Shown here one piece after another: positions 61,170-64,000 of a DNA stretch of 64,000 nucleotides (positions are counted from its first letter, which is position 1; the number at the start of each line of letters is the position of its first letter). The notes under the pieces were generated by a model, which was not told where the DNA came from, searched no databases, and was given only the letters and a program-made list of their open reading frames with translations. The position numbers and the translations under genes were made by a program. Source of the stretch: Sedimentisphaerales bacterium (GTDB lineage Bacteria; Planctomycetota; Phycisphaerae; Sedimentisphaerales; Anaerobacaceae); assembly GCA_963708075.1 (NCBI GenBank), contig OY970194.1, positions 6,144,001-6,208,000 of the forward strand, read 5' to 3'.

Positions 61170-61746
61170 CTGTGTTACCCCGCACTTTTCTGAAAAATGA
61201 CGTCAGGTCAATCACTTGCACGAGTTGCCACTTCTGATCGCCGCAGAGGAAGTCATGAAGGACGCGCACGGAGGGCAGCCGGCAGTCGTCCACGCCCACG
61301 ATGCCGCCCACGCGCAGCCGGCCTTGCGTGTAATGCCAGTCCAGGCAGGGGAATGGGAAGCGATGCGCCCCGTCGATAAAGATGAAATCCAGGGAATCGG
61401 GAAGCAGCGAGATTCTCGGAAGCGCCGCATCGGAGCTTTCAAAAACGAACGTGAGATCACCCTGCACGCTCAACTCATCGCAGTAGTCGCGGATTCTGTC
61501 GGCCTGTTCCCTTTGCGGCGTGATGCAGATGTGGTGTGTCCCGGCGATGGCGAAAGCGACCGTGGTCTGGCCCGCCCCCGTTTCCAGCGTGTTCATTCCG
61601 GGCAGGAGCTGATCGTGAATGAACATCAGCGCGTCCGGGGCCACCGAGCAATTGGCGGGCGAGTCGTCCGGCCAAGTGTGAAAACTCGGGTTGTCCCGGA
61701 TCAATCGCTCCAGCGGATGTACGGCTGTGTGCGGCAATGTCCTCAT
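61159..61746 (-). CDS. Class I SAM-dependent methyltransferase (Methyltransf_24-like)
   Basis: TLETGAGQTT, LDFIFIDGAH and GGIVGVDD motifs. Confidence 0.85.
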   Translation of the reverse strand: MRTLPHTAVHPLERLIRDNPSFHTWPDDSPANCSVAPDALMFIHDQLLPGMNTLETGAGQTTVAFAIAGTHHICITPQREQADRIRDYCDELSVQGDLTFVFESSDAALPRISLLPDSLDFIFIDGAHRFPFPCLDWHYTQGRLRVGGIVGVDDCRLPSVRVLHDFLCGDQKWQLVQVIDLTSFFRKVRGNTDEP

Positions 61747-61918
61747 CGCGCGCCATCTCCCATGGACGTTAAAACCACATCCTCTCGGTAGAGTGTACAT
61801 CGCCGCCGCCGCTCGAATCTATGGGGGGATGCCTTACAGGCACATAGGCACTTGCTGATTATGCCGGCCCGCTGTCGCCATCCTGACGCGCCTGTCCAAT
61901 TCGGAAATACCCAGGGCG

Positions 61919-62359
61919 TGGGTGGCACGGGCAAACTCGTTTGCCCGTGGACTCTCGATCGGGCAGCTCGCAGGGTAGGTCCTTGACCCGCGCAGTTATC
62001 CAATCAGAGCGCTTCTTGACGCTATGCTCATGTGGTGGGTTCCGGGTGGCAGCGGCAAGCAGAGCCATTCACGGGTCTTCGGCGCACCCGCAGAGGATGA
62101 AAATGCCATGCTCTTCGTAGGTCGTGCGTCCTCGCACGACCTTGGGCGAGCGGGGACGCTCGCCCTACGCGGAGATCTGTCCGGCGTATTTTCAGAGGAG
62201 TCTTCGGAGCTTGCCGATGGCGTGCAGACGTAGACTTGAGCCATCAGCAAGCCGGCGCTTGCTGCTGCCACCCATCGTAAGCTCGTAGGGTGGGTCCTTG
62301 ACCCACGCGGTTATCCAATCGAAGTGTTCCTTGACGCGTGGGTTGAGAACCCACCCTAC
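61919..62359. repeat. Mixed and nested REP cluster, including interrupted family A copy 5 (62043-62273)
   Basis: Several GTAG-type and GGGTGGCA-type palindromes; imperfect direct repeat at about 61966-62022 vs 62281-62337. Confidence 0.85.
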
Positions 62360-62362
62360 ATA

Positions 62363-63100
62363 TTAACGTCTGGGTGTTTTCCGGCCGCGCGTCGCTTTCT
62401 TGGACGATTGCTTTGCACGGACCCTCCGTATCCTCCGCGCCGGCCATTCCTCGGGGAAATTCAGCCGGGCAGACTCCCCGAACAGCTCGACCGCCTTGCG
62501 GTCATACGCCCTGGCCGCCTCGACCTCATCGGTGAAATAGCCGAGATGAATGGTTCTGCCGTCGAGCCCGATTCTGGCAAACCATTTGGCGCAGCTTTTG
62601 TTGTAACTGACACCCCTGAACCTGGAAGCTGTACCACGCCGCTTGCTCCTGTTGCGCAGGTTCTCCTGCTGCGTGCAGACGTTCAGATTATCCCGAGTGT
62701 TGTCCAGCTTGTTACGATTCTTGTGATCGACAACCCTCCCTCTGGGCGCCTGGGTGATCTCGCGGTGCATGAAGATCAGTCTTCTCTTCTCCAATCGGAC
62801 GGCGTATCCACCACATTGGTGCCATGTCCACTGGCTGAGCCACTCATAATCGGCCGCGTCCACATAGGCGTAGTACCCCTCACCCAGCGGGATCTGTTTG
62901 ACCTCGCCTTTTGGCGTGGCGGCTTTGGCCCGGAAGTTCCGGCAGACCCCGCCCCGTGGCACCGGCCGCATCCGGCCAATCGAATCCGGATGATTCGCAC
63001 ACACCGGCCGGCTCGGCCATCCCATCCCCACGGTCATCATCCACTGGCACCGGTCGAAATACGCGTACGCACAGTCGTGACAGGTAGGTATCTGAGCCAT
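62363..63100 (-). CDS. HNH endonuclease - AP2 domain protein with Cys/His-rich N-terminus
   Basis: VVDHKNRNKLDNTRDNL...QEN (HNH_3); SRFRGV...WFARI...HLGYF..EVEAARAYDRKAVELFGESARLNF (AP2); N-terminal CHDC...CANH...CRNF; GGAG RBS. Confidence 0.92.
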   Translation of the reverse strand: MAQIPTCHDCAYAYFDRCQWMMTVGMGWPSRPVCANHPDSIGRMRPVPRGGVCRNFRAKAATPKGEVKQIPLGEGYYAYVDAADYEWLSQWTWHQCGGYAVRLEKRRLIFMHREITQAPRGRVVDHKNRNKLDNTRDNLNVCTQQENLRNRSKRRGTASRFRGVSYNKSCAKWFARIGLDGRTIHLGYFTDEVEAARAYDRKAVELFGESARLNFPEEWPARRIRRVRAKQSSKKATRGRKTPRR

Positions 63101-63238
63101 GGCTTCTCCCTTCCTTATGAGTTGTCGGTTGCCGGTCCCCAGTCGTCACCCGGCCGATCATCGCGTCACACGATATCACGCATATGATATATCAACCATG
63201 CCCACCTGTCAACGGTAACATCCCAAAAATGTGAAGTG

Positions 63239-63421
63239 TTGCATGTTTCATAAACCCTTATCCCCCAAGGAATAGAGACGCCCGGCGAAAAAATGTAGCA
63301 CAGCCGCCCTCGGCTGTGGACTCACTCCCCGCCCGTCAAGTGTCAAGAGTTGACCCCAGCCCCCCATTGTTGCATGCGTCATAAACCCTTGTCTCCCAAG
63401 GACTAAAGAAGCCCGGCGAAA
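63239..63421. repeat. Two imperfect direct repeats of about 52 bp upstream of the HNH-AP2 gene
   Basis: TTGCATGTTTCATAAACCCTTATCCCCCAAGGAATAGAGACGCCCGGCGAAA and TTGCATGCGTCATAAACCCTTGTCTCCCAAGGACTAAAGAAGCCCGGCGAAA. Confidence 0.8.
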
Positions 63422-63435
63422 CAAAAGCAGTATTC

Positions 63436-63466
63436 GTAGGGTGGGTTCTCAACCCACGCGTCAAGG
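63436..63466. repeat. GTAG REP, exact inverted copy of 62329-62359
   Basis: GTAGGGTGGGTTCTCAACCCACGCGTCAAGG, 31/31 reverse-complement match. Confidence 0.9.
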
Positions 63467-64000
63467 CTGAAAACTGGCCAACGACAACCAACAATCAACC
63501 GCGGATGAACGCCGATTGTGTAGGGTGTGCACCGCACACCTTCTTCTGAAATCCCTCTCACGCAGGGACGCCAAGACGCAAAGCATTGATCGAAAGGCCC
63601 CCCAGACATGCTCAGTTCTGTCTCCCAATTGACCATCGCGTCCCCGGAACTCTCCAGAGAAAAGTAATGTGAGACTATGTAGCAAGCGTCAAGGCTTGGC
63701 TGTGGAGAGGTCGAAATGAGTCGAATGGGCGTAAGAGTTGAAGAGCCGAGGACAAAAACCCGGACGCAGGATACCTGCAATAGGTAGCCAGCCTCAGTCC
63801 CCCCCGCCCCCCAGGTGCTGTCGTGCCAATAATTCCTAATTCAAGACGTGACCCTCTCTGTGCTCTCTGTGCCCCCCTCTCTGTGCCCCCTTGGTCGCAA
63901 TGGCCCCCCAGGCACACTCAGTTCTATCCCCCAAGTGGATATGGCCTCCCCGGAATTCGGGGCTTTGTCCACCACGGAGATCGCGGAGGCGGAGAGAAGA

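Noticed and set aside
60036..64000. Possible CRISPR array in the repeat-rich tail
   Set aside because: The repeats belong to several families, are irregularly spaced and often inverted; there is no repeat-spacer periodicity and no cas gene.

Overview
GC-rich bacterial window. The protein families point to an anaerobic Planctomycete of the Phycisphaerae/Sedimentisphaerales type (inference from the DUF1559-like prepilin, the GspG-like C-terminus and GDYHL(K/M)xxxGR(W/F) plus dockerin-like secreted proteins). Positions 1-29.3 kb hold mostly secreted carbohydrate-active and housekeeping genes: GH5-like, LamG, an SGNH-GH29 fusion, a sorbosone-type dehydrogenase, a GH141-like beta-helix and a PHP hydrolase. 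At 29.4-31.9 kb is a convergent pair of a PD-(D/E)xK nuclease and an unknown, probably TIM-barrel protein; a four-helix-bundle gene sits between them, and its 38-bp heptamer-built inverted repeats contain the stop codons of both neighbours. Next come an MlaEFD/PqiC operon, a 5x IPT/TIG repeat protein, rubrerythrin-like, TspO, a diadenylate cyclase and a GT-C/GT2/methyltransferase glycosylation module. At 47.1-60.0 kb is a Rex-headed, probably electron-bifurcating [FeFe]-hydrogenase operon with hydG/hydE, non-canonical H-cluster motifs and embedded two-component genes. The last 4 kb are dense in REP-like palindromes and include an HNH-AP2 endonuclease gene bracketed by perfect 31-bp inverted GTAG-type REPs. 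Eight genes carry single frameshifts, all restorable in one of two sequence contexts (GAGACC, AGGCG), which suggests methylation-linked basecalling errors rather than true pseudogenes. I saw no rRNA, tRNA, CRISPR array or transposase.
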